Assembly (NCBI RefSeq): GCF_004010195.1
Contig: NC_057719.1
Location: forward strand, 75,406,965 to 75,468,795
Direction of reading: 5' to 3'
From: Chiloscyllium plagiosum
Taxonomy: Eukaryota
DNA length: 61,831 bases
A program made the position numbers and the translations under genes. Positions within the stretch are counted from its first letter, which is position 1. Each line of letters opens with the position of its first letter. The notes beneath the pieces were generated by a model that was not told where the DNA came from, ran no database searches, and worked only from the letters and a program-made list of their open reading frames with translations. Below, piece by piece: positions 37,704 to 52,105 of this stretch.

Positions 37704-38673
37704 ACTATGGCAATGTGTGGCATTGACAATAGCTGAAAAATATAAGATTGAAGTGTTACCAGCCCAAGGTGAATGTAACTTGGTGCAAGCTGGAATACTA
37801 GCACCAGGGTTCAGCACAGTTGCAAGTTTATGTTGCAGGATCCGTGGAGACAAAACAAAGCCGTATGATGGATCAGGCAGCGGTGGGGGGGTTAGACAGG
37901 GACTAAGGGAAAAGGATGTTCTGTTTGCAGAAGGAACGAACACTAAAGGATTTACAGTAACCAGCAAAAGAAACAACGTTGACCTGAAAAATGTTTTCTG
38001 CCTAAAACCAAGTCCTTCACCCCTGACAGCAAGTGTACCAAGAGGAAGCAGAAGGAAATTTGTCCCTTCCTACCCCCTCACCTGCTCAGATACCCCCATT
38101 CTGGTGGTCACCTCACTGTGTCAGCTTTGCTGGTAGGTGGGACTAGATTGGGTTGGGATATCTGGTCGGTATAGACGAGTTGGACCGAAGGGTCTATTTC
38201 CATGCTGTACATCTCTATCACCCCCACCGCCCCGCCCCTCGCACACACTGGCTGTTAGCCCTTGGAGGACAGCCAGAGTCCGGGTACCTGCTCAGCGTCA
38301 GGCATGAGAGAGAGCCCTGTGGTGTCAGCAACCTGAGACTACATTCTTATGCACAGGGAGGAGTAGGTGCAGCAGACAGATATCTGGGAGGAAATGAGCC
38401 TTATGGCCCAGAGGTCGTGGAAGCAGCTATACTATCAGGACCCAGACTTCTCAAGCCATCGATCATCTGTTTGTCTCCACGGACAGGTTGTTGGCCGCCA
38501 TGGAGACCCAGGTTCAACTTCCTCAGGCTGTTGGAGAGGCACACTCACCTGCATTCTATCACCCTGGCTTTGGTCCTTCCCCACAGGAAGACTGAGTTGG
38601 AGGAGGAACCTCACACTCAGGCCCTTGCGACGTGTCTGCTCAGTACACTGGTTCAAGCTCAGGAGAGTTCACT

Positions 38674-38995
38674 GGGCGGCACGGTGGCACAGTGGTTAGC
38701 ACTGCTGCCTCACAGCGCCAGCGATCCGGGTTCAATTCCCGCCTCAGGCGACTGACTGTGTGGAGTTTGCACATTCTCCCCGTGTCTACGTGGGTTTCCT
38801 CCGGGTGCTCCGGTTTCCTCCCACAGTCCAAAGATGTGCAGGTCAGGTGAATTGGCCATGCTAAATTGCCAGTAGTGTTAGCTAAGGGGTAGATGTAGGG
38901 ATATGGATGGGTTGCGCTTCGGCGGGGCGGTGTGGACTTGTTGGGCCGAAGGGCCTGTTTCCACACTGTAAGTAATCTAATCTAATCTAATCTAA
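38674..38995 (+). mobile_element. HE1-type SINE, young full-length copy
   Basis: gggcggcacggtggcacagtggttagc (A-box), gggttcaattccc (B-box), retained CpGs, taatc-repeat tail. Very similar to 54421-54733. Confidence 0.93.
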
Positions 38996-39857
38996 AAAAG
39001 ACCCTCATCATCTCTGAAGTGTCCACACACAAACACCACATCAACCTACCCCCACACGCTTCACCTGCCCCTTAAGTCCCTTTTATATCTTTCCTGTCTC
39101 ACTCTAAACCTATGCCCTCTTGTTTTGGACTTTCTTTTAAATGGCCTCTCATATGTGGGGTCATCACAGAAGTACAGAATTGTTGTCATGCAAAAGGAGA
39201 GCACACTCTTACAGCTTAGGTTTTTCAAAGAGAATCGTTACTTGGTGCCAATCTCCTGCCTTTCCCCATGCCCTTGCACACTGATTCTATTCACATTATC
39301 AGCCAATACCCTCTTGATTTATCTCAGTTGTGAACTTGGCTCTCCCACAACTCAAGGCAGCGTCTTCCTTACTCAAGTGACTTGCTGTGAGGAAAAGACT
39401 TTGACTCTCAGCATCTATGTTTTACTATATCACCTGGCGTACAGATACCGTTGCTCCTTTTTGCAATTGTCATCCTCTTTTCTTTCATCCTGCAGGCCCC
39501 AAATCCCAAAGGTTTCTGAGTCTCCTTCCACCTCCCCATATTGCTTTTTTCACTTAATCTCTTTGGATGGACCCTGATACACTGGCTGTATCCCACCTCC
39601 ATGAGGGACCTTAACTGTACAGCCTCAGGTGAGAAGTGCCCACAAACCTTACTAGTGGCTCTGCATCTCCCTGAATACCAACCTCCAGAACTGGTTGCCA
39701 TACATCCACAGGACTGACCATGAGTGCACTCCCAGAGTGCAGAGGCATGGACCCTCTGACCAATATCATCCCGCCTGGATGCCTGGCAACAACCAATCCC
39801 TTAGAAACTACTGCTGATTTATTGTACTGGGTTTAAGTTAGAAGGAGAGGCTGGATA

Positions 39858-40078
39858 AGATTCTCTACAATGTGGAAACAGGGCCTTTGGCCCCTCTGAA
39901 GAGAAACCCACCCAAACCCATTCCCCTACCCTATATTTACCCCTGACTAACGCACCTAACACTACGGGCAATTTAGCATAGCCAACTCACCTGACCTGCA
40001 CAGCTTTGGATTGTGGGAGGAAATCGGAGCACCCGGGGGAAGCCCACGCAGACCCAGGGAGAATGTGCAAACTCCACT
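39858..40078 (-). mobile_element. 5'-truncated HE1-type SINE
   Basis: V-domain and tail only. Confidence 0.82.
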
Positions 40079-40094
40079 CAGACATAAGTCCCAT

Positions 40095-40472
40095 AAGCTG
40101 GGACTTTTTTCACTGCAGCATAGGAGGTTGGTGGGTGATCTTATAGAGATTTGTAAAATCATGCGGTGCATAGATATGGTGAATAGCAAAGGTCTTCTCC
40201 CTAGAGGCATATTTTTAAGGTGAGAGGAGGAAGACTTAAAAGGGACCGGAGGGGCAACTTATTCACACAGAGTGTGGTTCATATGTGGCATGAACTGCCA
40301 GAGGTTGTGGGAGATGCAGGTACAGTTATACCGTTCAAAAGACATTGATAGGTACATGGATGGGAAAGGTTTGAAAAGGCCATGGGCCAAATGCAGGTAA
40401 ATGGGAGTAGATTTAGTTTGGTCAGCAAGAATGAGTTGGACTGAGGGTCTGTTTCATGCTGTATGTCTTTAT
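40095..40472 (+). mobile_element. CR1 3' end
   Basis: KLGLFSLQHRRLVGDLIEICKIMR in ORF 40011..40223, then a 3'UTR. Confidence 0.85.
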
Positions 40473-42334
40473 GACCCCAGACTAATGGATATATCCACTG
40501 ACTTTGGTGAAGACCACTGCTCTGAGATCATGAGCAATGGTTGCCTGTTGGCTGCACATGCAGTGTGTTTGCTGTGTAAGCTGCTGGCACCTGGAGCAGA
40601 TCTGAGATCGTTGTAGCTCATTGCCATACACCTCCTTGACTGAGAACTACGGACCAGCAAGGCAAGCTGACTTATCTGGAGAAGCAAAGCAAGACATGAA
40701 TGCAGAGAATCTGCAGACAGGCGCTAAGTGAGCAATCACTAAAAGAAATGCAGCTTGGCCCAGTCCGGTCCATCTTTTTCTCTGCAAAGTCTCTCTGCCA
40801 GCAGGCTTTCAATACTTGTTGCTGGTATGCCCTGGATTTGAGGTCTGTACCTCCTGAGTGACCTGTAAGTGTACCAGGGAGGTGCCATGTTGGCACATAT
40901 CAGATGCCAGTGAGAGTCTCACCTCTCCACTTCGCGAATGCATTAAAGATGCTGCAAGATGCTCCCAACATCAAGATTTCTCATCCATTTCTGCAACAAA
41001 TCTCGCCGAAGTACAAGTCGCTCAGGCTCCTATGAGCTTCCACCTGATGTTGCAGGAAATGCCTTCAAATACATTCTAGAGACAGGTTACCTTTGTTCCC
41101 TGAGGTAATCTGCTTTGTCCACTCTAGGTGAAAATTAAAGAACACCCAATTCTAACGACATCATTTTTGGCACCATTCTTTCTTGAATTCTGTATTGTGC
41201 GGGAAATTTCCTGGAAGTTAAATGAAGGATAGGCCGTAAGTATTGAGTTGCCAAGACAATTGGAGCAGATCAGGTCTAGCTGTAGGTATGTTTTAGTAAT
41301 GCATTTTACATCTTTGTTGATCGCCTTAGGCAAACACAATGGAATGCCATTGAGATTTTATTCTGAGATTGTCCGTGCTTTTAATTCTTTTGTTTCAGTG
41401 CGCCCCTGGGATTTTGCATCATGAGTAGTTGGGTTTTGTAACATGTGAGGTTTTATTATTTAATAAACAAGCTGAATATCGATGGGATTTGTGGCCTTTT
41501 CTTCCCTTCAACAAACTTTGAATAAAACACAAGGAAGTTGCCTGAATGTATAATTGAATAGTTTTCTTTAAAAAGAACATAAACTCAACTCTCTGTAAAA
41601 TAATGTTTGTCTGCATGAGACAACAAGCAGAAAACACTTGAAATAGCAATACTTTTGGTTAATTAAAACTGATTAATTACTCATTTATCATGCCACAACT
41701 ACAATATCAATTTCTTAACACTTTTCTATTTGATGCAGCTAAGGTACCTTATCTTTAATTTCATTTTCAAATGTTGAAGTATCAGCATTTAATTTGTCTA
41801 TTTATTTTGGCTTAATTTGTCCCATGAACCCTGTGCGTTCTTACACCCGGTTAATGTAGATTCGGAGATTTATGCCAAATTCAAATTGATTGTCAAAAAT
41901 TGGATTGATTTTGTTTTCAGTCACTTCCGCTAATGAGTATGATGTAAAGCCACTGAAATCAAGGGAGCAAAATATATGATTTTCTTTTTAATGTTCCACA
42001 CATTTCTGCAGAGAAATATTCCTTCCCTAGGAAGGGTAATTGATTTCATTCATAGGCTATCAGCAGAAGTGCAAATCAAATAATGGTTCCTGGTGCTATG
42101 TATAATACACAAAGGGGAGAGTGTGATTCAACAAAGCATGATCTGTCAAGAAATGATATTAATTTTCCAATGCACATTCAAACCAGAACAGGCCAAGCCA
42201 CTATTTATATATTTATACATAGTCAATGAGCAACTTAAGCACTGTGTAAAATCGCATATAGGTACATAATTTGTGTAAATACGTAAGGGCATCTTTATGA
42301 CATTCTGCTTTTGTACCATTGTCTAGCTCCTTGG

Positions 42335-42808
42335 GAGTCATGGAGATGTATAGTACGGAAATAGACTTTTTAGTCCAACTCGTCCACGCTCGTCCCATTT
42401 GCCAGCATTTGGCCCACATCCCTCTATAAACCTTCCTATTCATATACCCATCCAGATGTCTTTTAAATGTTGTAATTGTTCCAGCCTCCTCCACTGCCTC
42501 TGGCAGATCGTTCCATAGATGCACCATCCTCTGTGTGAAAAAGGTTGCCCCTTTAGGTCCCTTTTTCTTCTTTCCCCTCTCACCTTAAACTAATGCCCTC
42601 TAGTTTTGGACACCTCAACCCTGGGAAAAAGACCTTATCCATTTACACTCTCCATGCCCCTCATGATTTTATAAACCTCTATAAGATCACCCATCAGCCC
42701 TTGACACTCAAGGGAAAACAGCCCCAGCTTGTTCAGCTTCTATCTGTAGCTCAAATCCTCCAACCCTGGCAGCATTCTTGTAAATCGTTTCTGAACCCTT
42801 TCAGGTTC
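42335..42808 (-). mobile_element. CR1 3' end
   Basis: ORF 42213..42527(-) begins VHLWNDLPE..TFKRHLDGYMNRK. Confidence 0.88.
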
Positions 42809-43394
42809 CAGTGGTTAACAATGTGAGTTTGAGAGGTCCTGATATAATGTATTGATAACATACAACAAAGGCAAAGCTGCCAAGTAATCTTGTGGAGGAT
42901 ACACTTGTGTAGGTCCATGACTACATGTAAATATTTGTAATCAACCTGTACAAATATGTTATTGCACACCTCTAGAGCAAGTGGCAGTTGGCCAAGACAT
43001 AGGGACTCTACAACTGCACTAAGAGTGTTCATGATTGCATTATTTTTAGCCTGTAGTTAAAGGGTTTTTCTTGAAATGTACACAGACGCCTGCAGTATTT
43101 TAAGAGTCAGTAAGATTTCTGGACACATTGATCAGAGGACAAAACAACTTCTTTACCCTAATGCTTCAGATAGTCCTGTGTCTTACAGTAGGTAAAACTT
43201 TGCCATATTGTTGCAGAACTGTGTGTCTTTTTGGGCAAGATATATGACACCTACTTTCAGGCAGTTGTTGTTACCTTTACACCCTGACTTAATTGAGAAC
43301 ATTCTCTTAACATTTGAGAAAGGTGAGAGTGTCAGCTGTTAAATAAATTTAGCAGAGAAACAAAATGAAGGGATGGATGATTGATAAATGAAGC

Positions 43395-45270
43395 AATAGA
43401 AAATAAGACATCATTCGGTGGATGTGGGCATCACTGGATGGGCCAGCAATTCTCACACATTTTACTTGCTCAGGAGAAGATGTTGTGAGCTGCTTTGACC
43501 ACTGCAGTCCATCAGGTGTAGGTAGACCCATCATGCAGTCTGGGAGGGAGTTTCAGGAACTTGGCCCAGCAGCACTGAAGGAACGGCAATATATTTCAGA
43601 TTGGGATAGTGAATATCATGGGAAGAAACTCGCCGGTGGTTGCATTCCCATGTGTCTGCCGCTTTTAATCTTCTACATGGTCATGTTTGTGTATTTGAAA
43701 GGTATTGGTTCAGGATCTTTGGTAAATTTCTGCAGTGCGCAATCCTGCTCCTGAGCATCAGTGGTAGAGGGAACAAATGCTTGTGGATGTGGTGCCATTC
43801 AAACAGACTGCTTTGTCCTGGATGCTGTCAAGCTTCTTAAGTGTTATTGGAGCTGCACCCATCCAGGCAAGTGGAAAGAATTCCATCACACTCCTGACTG
43901 GTGCCTTTTAGATGGTGGGCAGGCTTTTGGTAGTCAGTGGGTGAGTTCATCACTGCAGGACTCCTACCCACTGACTCACTCTTATAGCTTCAGTATTTAT
44001 ACAGTTCAGTTTCTGATAAATGATTATCTCGAGGTTATTGATAGTAGGGTTTCAGCAATGTTAATGACATCAAATGTGAAGGATAGTGGATAGCTTCTCC
44101 CATTGCAGATGGTCATTGCCTAGCACTTGGATAGCATGAAAGTTATTTGCCTCATGTCAAACCTGGTTATCATCCAGGTTTTTGCTGCATTTGAACATGG
44201 ATTGTTTTAGTATGTGAGAAGTTGTGAATGGTGCTGAACAGTGCGCAATCACAAGTGAACATCTTCACTTCTGGCCTTATGATGGAGAGAAGGTCATTAA
44301 TTAGATTAGATTTTTTTAGATTAGATTCCCTACAGTGTGGAAACAGGCCCTTCGACCCAACCAGTCCACACCAACCCTCCGAAGAATAACCCATCCCAAC
44401 CCATTTCCCTCTGACTAATGCACCGATCACTATGGGTAATTTAGCGTGCCCAATCCACCTGACCTGCGCATCTTTGGACTGTGGGAGGAAACAGGAGCAC
44501 CCGGAGCAAACCCACGTAGACACAGGGAGAATGTGCAAACTCCACACAGACAGTCACCCAAGGCTGGAATCGAACCTGGGACCCTGATGCTATGAGGCAG
44601 CAGTGCTAACCACTGAGCCACTGAGCCACCGTGCTACCCAGAGCAGCTGAAGATGTTTGGACCTAGGATACTAGCCTGAGGAACTCCAGAGGTGTCCTGG
44701 AGCTGAGATGACTGACCCCCAACATCTACAACCACCTCCTTATGTGTCCGACCAGCAGAGAATTTGCCCCGATACCCATTGATTCCAGTTTGGCTGGGGC
44801 TCCTTGATGACACACTTGGTCGAATGCAGCCTTGATGTCAAGGGCTGTCACACTCCCCTCACCTCTAGAATTCAGCTCTTTTGTCCATGTTTGAACCAAG
44901 GTTGTAGTGAGGTCAGGAGCTGAGTGGCCCTGATGGAACCCAAACTGGGCATCACTGAGTAGATGCTGCTTGATAGCGCTGTTGATGACACCTTCCATCA
45001 CTTAACTGAGTGAAGTGGGGTGAAGTTATTTGGCCAGGGTGGATTTTTCCATCTTTTTTTGTCCAGGACATACCGAGGCAATTTTCCACGTTCTCCGAGA
45101 AATGCCAGTGCTGTAGTTGTGCTGAAACAGCTAGGCCAGGGGAACAGCAAGTTCTGGAGCACAAATCTTCAGCACTATGGCCAGAATGTTGTCAGGGCCC
45201 ATGGCATTTGCACTATCCATTCCCTTTAGCCATTTCTTGATATTGCATGGAGTGAATCGAACTGTCTGAG
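43395..45270 (-). mobile_element. Second LINE family (CR1/L2 group), RT and 3' end, interrupted by a SINE
   Basis: ORF 44726..45001(-): LLSDAQFGFHQGHSAPDL..ALDIKAAFDQVCHQG. Its 3' end is related to 56270-56600. Confidence 0.8.
44301..44639 (-). mobile_element. HE1-type SINE nested in LINE
   Basis: Full-length reverse-complement copy with LINE sequence on both sides. Confidence 0.9.
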
Positions 45271-45644
45271 CACGGTGTCTGGTAGAAGATGTTGAGAAGT
45301 AAATGTGATAGAGCTGAAATTGTTCTGACGCTGTAATGCAAGAGTACAGGACAATTAAATAACTATGAAAGGGTGCAAAGCTAGCTTCATAGCCAGATCA
45401 CTTGATTGAATGGGATGTCATTGCTGCTCACTCCACTCTTTAACCAAGAAACACATCACTATGATTGACGTATTTGGGTCATCAAAGAAAGTGAGGGATA
45501 CAACATTCTGCATTGAAAAGAAAAGCACATAAAAATCTTCAGAGGTGAAGATCCATTGTTATTTTCAGTATTTTCATAGCACATTGTATAGTTTTGCACA
45601 TAGCTTTCCGCATCATTTGGTGAACTAAACCCGTTTCCCTGAAC

Positions 45645-47790
45645 AATCATGAAAGTACTAGTTGTTGCAAAAATCCCAGCAGGTTCACTAATCTCCTTTG
45701 GGAAAGGAAATCTGCTCTCCTTATTCTGTCTAGTCTATGTATCTTTAGGCCCAACACTGTGCTCAACTCCTTCCTGCTCTCTGACGGAACCAAGGAAGCT
45801 ACTCAGCCGTATCAAACCAGTCAAAAAAATACTCAATCAGAATAAAATTGGATAGATTACTCTAGGCACCTGAAACCACAAAGATACATCCTGCCTAATC
45901 AACTGTAAAATGACTGACTCATTCATATCTGTGGATTTCTATCAAAACTGGGAGAGCTATCCTGTAGACTAGTCAATCCGCACTCTGAAGTAAATGATAT
46001 TCATGGAATAATACCTCACAGTGAATCTCCAAGGTGCCAACATCATAATTCCCTGTGTACATCCTGTCCCATTAGCAGGAAGACCCATCAGAAAGAAGGC
46101 ACATTGGTTGAACAATGGAGAGTGTGTAGCTCTACGAGTGCTCAATATTCATTCTGTATCCCATGAAGTCTCTTGGCATTAGGTCAAACATGGGCAAGGA
46201 AAACCCCCTCCAACATCTGTCAGCTGTTAAATCAGGGTTCACTCGAGATGAACAGAGCTTGGAAAATGCACTGGGCAAAACAATGGCACAGATTGGACTC
46301 TAGTTAGGTTACTTCAGTCTCCATCAGCAAAAGTGGCTTGAAGGCATCACGATGAACTGAAATGCCCAAGTCCCCAAGGATACATCAGCCAGTCTGGGAC
46401 TGTTACAGTTTATGGGGAAAGCCAACCAGGGGCAATGAATTCTATGTCGTCCTCATCACCAATTTACCTGTCATAGATATTGGCATGATCCCAAGTGAGA
46501 GTACACCTGGACAAGTTCAATGCAGAGGATTTCATTGGCCATAAACTTAATTTTTACTCTAGTGGTTAGTCACTGAACATATTCAGATGAGGTTGCTTAT
46601 CTTCTCTTTAATGAAAGGGAAAAAAAAGATTACATATGACAATTTAGAAAGATCTTAAACATAATTTCAAATGGATTCCCTGTAATGTCCTTCACAGATA
46701 TTCAATCCCATTTAAGTATAACCCGTTATCTTAACTCTTTAATTTCTTAAGTGCACCTTTTGCAGTTTTGATGACCTAGAAATTTCTTTCATGTTCTAGG
46801 AACCTAAACCTTTTTTCAGCTCTGACAACTTGTAAATATCTATACCAAGTCTCATAACTTGGGGACTTTTCCTTTGACAAAACTGTTCTGAACTGACAAC
46901 CTGATTTTTCTTTAGCTCAAACCTGATTCTGAACTGAGCTCAGTAAAATAATGGCTTTCTAACCTATTTAAAAAATAAGCCGTAACTGAACAAAAACCAC
47001 ACATCTGTTTTACCTCAATTTTAAGATCCTAATCAATAAATATGTTATGCATTCTCGATCACAATAATATCCATGGCAGCATTGATTGAACTGACAGCCA
47101 CTCAGTCTCTGTGGAGACACGGTTGCATCTTCACACGAAGGACGAAGGACATATGTTGTGTGACACTAACGCTGTATTAAATGGGATGCATCTAGCAGCT
47201 CAAAATTGGCCATTTGTGTGGTGATGCAATCTATCTGGTGGACAAATCCTGGTTCAATTATGCAATTGTGGAGCATGTCAAGGTTAGAAGTAGGCATACC
47301 TAAAAATAAAGTGCAATCCTGGAGAAGCTACAATAGAGGGCTGCACACAAGTCTATCAGTGGAAGAAATATGCCATAGACAGAGCTTAAGTGGTCCTGCA
47401 ACCAAGGGATAAATCAAAGCTCTATGGTCCTGCCACATCCAATTGTACTCAGTGATGGTCAGTTAACTAACCAGAGAAGGAAGCCCTGGAAAATTCCTAT
47501 CCTCAATGATGGTGGAGTCTGGTGTGACAATGCAAAAGGGGAGCCTGAAACATGAGCAACCATCTTTAGCCAGTAGTGCTGAGCGAATGGTACATCTCAA
47601 ACTTCTCTTCAGCATCTGAAATAATCTTCAGACAATTGATTGACTCCATCTGATAGCTGGACACAGCAAAAGTTACGAACCCTGACAACATCCTGCCAAT
47701 AATGCCGAAGACTGGTGCTCCAGAATTATGCGGAGCCCGAGCCAAGCTGTTCCAGTACCATAAAGGTATCAATCTGACAATGTGGAAAAT
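45645..47790 (+). mobile_element. Ancient + strand copy of the second LINE family, interrupted about 46520-47060
   Basis: 47640-47790 is the reverse-complement homologue of 45080-45260. Degenerate endonuclease-like region at 45940-46480. Confidence 0.55.
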
Positions 47791-48884
47791 TGTCCACTTG
47801 AAATCTGTGGATTAAACCCCTGCATCCACAGGTTGAAGATTGTGGTGCACAGAGTTTTACAGAAGCCACCAGCGAGACTGATGCTCACGGATTTAGGACA
47901 TGGTCAAAAAGAAATGGCTTGGCTCAGGGATCCTGGGCATTGTAAAAAGAAGCACCTGTTCCAGCAGGATGGCCATCCTCCGCAAAGGAAAGTCGTGAGA
48001 TTGTAACGGAGAGATTCCCATTTCAGCGGTATACGAGATGTCCTCCATGAATGAAAGCCAAGAGATTGAAAATCTCCCAATTTAAAGGGCCATACAAATA
48101 CCTCACAGTGTCAAGAACAGAATCAAAGTCTCCAGTCTTCAACATAGAGACCGACCAATCATCCAAATCCAAAGAGAACACATTTTAACAAAATACCTCC
48201 AGTCCATCTGAAATTGTGATAGTAGAGCTTTGGGGAATAGAAGGGAAAGTGCAACGTACAGAAATATATAGGAAATGTTAGTAGCAGAAAGCTTGGTGGG
48301 GGTAGGGGGGGGGTGGGGAAGATGTTATAAAGTGCATTTGGCTCAGAAAGAGTTAGTGCATTAAACACTACCCAATATAATGATGTCACATGGACTGAAG
48401 CAGGGAACTGGCTTGATGGAGTAAGTCTTAATATCTCTGCAGTCTCCCTCGTTGCCTGGTAACAATGATTATGGTACCAAAGTAACTTGCCTCTAGATGC
48501 AATCATGCAACAAACCACATTGTATTTAAGATTAACCATTTAACTAATTTGTTAGACAACCAAATAGTTTTCCTCTGCCACACTAGACTCAGCAAGCCCT
48601 CTCGAATCTGACCACTAAACAGGATGGTGGCAGCAAAACTACTTTCTTTCACTAAGATGAACTGTTTAGTATACGTCATACAGCAGATCCCACTCTTTAA
48701 AACTGTGCTAATAAAGTCCAAATCACTTTTCCCTATCTCATCTGCCAAACTACATCATCTCACATCCTCTATATTACATTCCATTTGCTTCCTGTTACAG
48801 TCAATTGGTCTCATCATCACTGTTTGCCACACCTTCACGTTTGCTAATTTTGAAACATTACGCTGTGTTCCAAAATCTAAGACA

Positions 48885-49795
48885 GTGACACCAAAATTGG
48901 AGCTGTAGTGGACAGCAAAGAAGATTACTTCAGATTACAACAGGATCTTGACCAGATGGGCTAATGGGCTGAGAAGTGGCAGATAGAGTTTAATTCAGAT
49001 AAATGCGAGGTGTTGCATTTTGAGAAAGCAAATGTTAGGAGGACTTATACACTTAATGGTAAGGTCCTAGGGAGTGTTGCTTAACAAAGAGACCTTGGAG
49101 TGCAGGTTCATAGCTCCTTGAAAGTGGAGTTGCAGGTAGACAGGATAGTGAAGAAGGCATTTGGAATACTTTCCTTTATTGGTCAGAGTATTGAGTACAG
49201 GAGTTGGGAGGCCATGTTGCAGCCGTACAGGACATTGGTTAGGCCACTGTTGGAGTATTGCGTGCAATTCTGGTCTCCTTCCTATCGGAAAGATGCTGTG
49301 ATACTTGAAAGGGTTCAGAAAAGATTTTCTAGGATGTTGCCAGGGTTGGAGGATTTGAGCTACAGGGAGAGGCTGAACAGACTGGGGCTGTTTTCCCTGG
49401 AGTGCCGGAGGCTGAGGGGTGACCTTATAGAGGTTTACAAAATTATGAGGGGCATGGCTAGGATAAAGAGACAAAGTATTTTCCCTGGGGTGGGGGAGTC
49501 CAGAATTGAGGGCATAGGTTTAGGGTGAGAGGGGAAAGATATAAAAGGGACCTAAGGGGCAACTTTTTCACACAGAGGGTGGTACGTGTATGGAATGAGC
49601 TGCCAGAGGATGTGGTGGAGGCTGGTACAATTGCAACATTTAAAAGGCATCTGGATGAGTATATGAATAGGAAGGGTTTGGAGGGATATGGGCCGGGGGT
49701 GGCAGGTGGGACTAGATTGGGTTGGGATATGTGGTCGGCATGGTCGGGTTGGACTGAAGGGTCTGTTTCCATGCTGTACACCTCTATGACTCTAT
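48885..49795 (+). mobile_element. Young CR1 3' portion, nested in an older minus-strand CR1 (about 48540-48880 and 49796-49860)
   Basis: ORFs 49100..49528 (YRTLVRPLLEYCVQFWSP..RRLRGDLIEVYK) and 49525..49944. Intact tail ctctatgactcta. Confidence 0.93.
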
Positions 49796-49946
49796 ATATC
49801 AAAAGCAGTGGTCCCAACCGTGACCCTTTTGGGAATGTCACTGTCCATCATCCTCTAGTCTGCAAAACAAACATTTATCAGGACTTTGAAAACAAGCATG
49901 TTGGAAATACTCAACAGTACTCGCAGTATCTAAAGAGAAAATGAGA

Positions 49947-50562
49947 GGGCTGGATTTTACGTGCCCCCACTAGCTGTGTTTTCACCTGTGATATGATCTG
50001 GCTTCTCAATCCACCACCTTTCAAGCTCACTGCCCTAAGTGGGCAAGGCTGAAATCAGCTGCCTGCCTGCCATATTTAAGCCAGTCAATGATCAATGAAG
50101 AGTTAGTTAAGCTTGTTATCAAGCCAACTGACCCCAGCAAACCACTTTCCGAGTCAGCAGTGAGCAGTCAAATATATTTGAAATGCCTCCAAAATGGTGG
50201 AGAGAAAGGGGCTTTACTTATTTCAAAGTGGGGTTTCCCCATTCCTTCCTACCTAACTGCTCTCCAAGTCCCATCTCTCCACTAAACACTCCCTGCCCAA
50301 TGCCTCTGATTGCTCATTCCTGAGATCCATTGGGCTTTTTTCATGCTCCTTCCTGTAGTCCAAGTTGGGTCAGTTACTGAGCTCTAGCACTGTCCAATGA
50401 TATCCTAAGAGGCAGAAGTCCCTCTCTTTGCCAGTCTAACTAGCCTGCAGCTTGTTATGGCTGTGGTACAAATGTCTTCTTGATCTGTAAGCTGGCAGCT
50501 GACTTTCTTTCTAGGCAGGATCAGGTAGTGTACCCCTTCCTCAGTCCTGTAAAAATCTGTCT
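49947..50562. mobile_element. Possible old non-autonomous DNA transposon (Harbinger-like ends)
   Basis: Begins gggctggattttac and ends gtaaaaatctgtc, imperfect terminal inverted repeats. Confidence 0.35.
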
Positions 50563-51279
50563 GGAATTAATGTTTCAAGTTGTGACTTTTCATCAGAGAG
50601 GAAATTCCATAACTTGTTATTTTATGCCTTTTACCCGGTATTCTATCCAGCTGACATTAGCCCTCCAGCTCCACGAGCCTTAACCAGTCTTTAAGGTGAC
50701 TCTTTGTTCAACACCTTCTTTAAATGCAAAGATCCAGACCACATCCATTCTGTCATCGACGTTTTCTGTTACTTCATCAGAAAATCCAGTTTGATTAAAG
50801 CACAATTTGCCTTTTACAAATCACTTTAATTGACTGCAAACTCACTTCCCTGATTATTGCCTCTAAAACCTTACCAACCAGTGATATTAAACTGAAAGAG
50901 GTTCGAAAGAAGTGTCATATCGAACTTGACACATAAACTCTGTTTTTTTCTTTCTAGAGAGGTTTGCTCAGTTGGGTTTCCTGAGTTTTATCCAGCACTT
51001 ACTGTGTGTATTTCTGATTTCCAGCATCTGCAGCATTTTGCTGTTAACTGATGTAAAGCTGACAGGTCTCTGGTTATGAGGAATGCCCTTCACCTTTTCT
51101 TACATAAGGGCATCATAGTTGTCACAATAATTGTCAATCCTCTGGCACCTCCCTCATATCTAGGAATAAATGGAAGATTATGGCTTACCCTTCCAGAACC
51201 TCTGCTCTGTTTAGCAACTTGGGAAGCAGTCCATGTGGACCAGGTGATTTATCTGCTCTAAGAAAATCAATCTTTCTGG

Positions 51280-52105
51280 TATACAATGCCTATCATTTAT
51301 GACCCCAACAATTCCCCTCCCTCCCAGAACCATGATAGGGAACCCTAGCTTGGCCTCACTTTCTTCATTCAAAGTATCATTGTTTGCCATTTCTGCCAAC
51401 TCTAGCAGGATGCCACCACCCAACACATCTTCTCCTTGCTATCCCTGTCAACATTCTGAAGGGACCGTTCCCTCCAGAATGTGATGGTCTATTCCTTTAT
51501 CACCCCCAACACCTCACCCCTCTCCCACTGCTCCTTCATTCACAGTAACAAGAGGTGTAATACTTTAACATCCTCCCTTCTTATTGTGAAACACCCCAAA
51601 CAGTTCTTCCAGATGGAGCTATGATTGACTTGTACCTCACTCGATCCAGTCTACTATATCCGCTGTTCTTAATACAGTCTGCTCTAATCTGAGGAAGTCA
51701 AATACAGACTGGGTGACTGCTTTGAGGAACACCTCCCCTAAGTTCACAAGTATGATCCTAAACTTGTGGTTGCTTGCCATTTTTGCTCAGATTTCTGCCC
51801 CAGCCTTCTGCAGTGATGCCATGTGGGCTAGCATACGCTGGATGAACTGCGTTATCCACTTGGGCATTTTCTGGACTCAACATTGAGTTGAGCAACTTCA
51901 GACCATGTCCTCTATTTCGATATGTTACTCCCAGTGCCCCACCCCCCCCCGCTATATCTTGTTTTCATTGTTGTGCTTTTAGCAGTAGAACTTTACCACT
52001 TCCTTCTAGTTCCAAAGAAGAGTCATATTGGACTCAAAATGTCAATGCTGTTTATCACTCCATAGATGCTGCCAGACCTGCAGAGACTGTCCAGCATTCT
52101 CTGTC
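51280..52105 (+). mobile_element. Ancient Penelope-like remnant with terminus
   Basis: Collinear with the reverse complement of 17480-17960. Terminus atagatgctgccagacctgc at about 52060. Confidence 0.6.

Noticed and set aside
38674-38750. tRNA gene (A and B boxes)
   Set aside because: It is the tRNA-derived head of a SINE, continuing into the V-domain and LINE-like tail, and is repeated about 9 times in the window.
38153-38755. Longest ORF in the track (200 aa)
   Set aside because: It begins in a CR1 3'UTR and ends in a SINE head. It has no recognisable domain or splice context, so it is a chance open frame.
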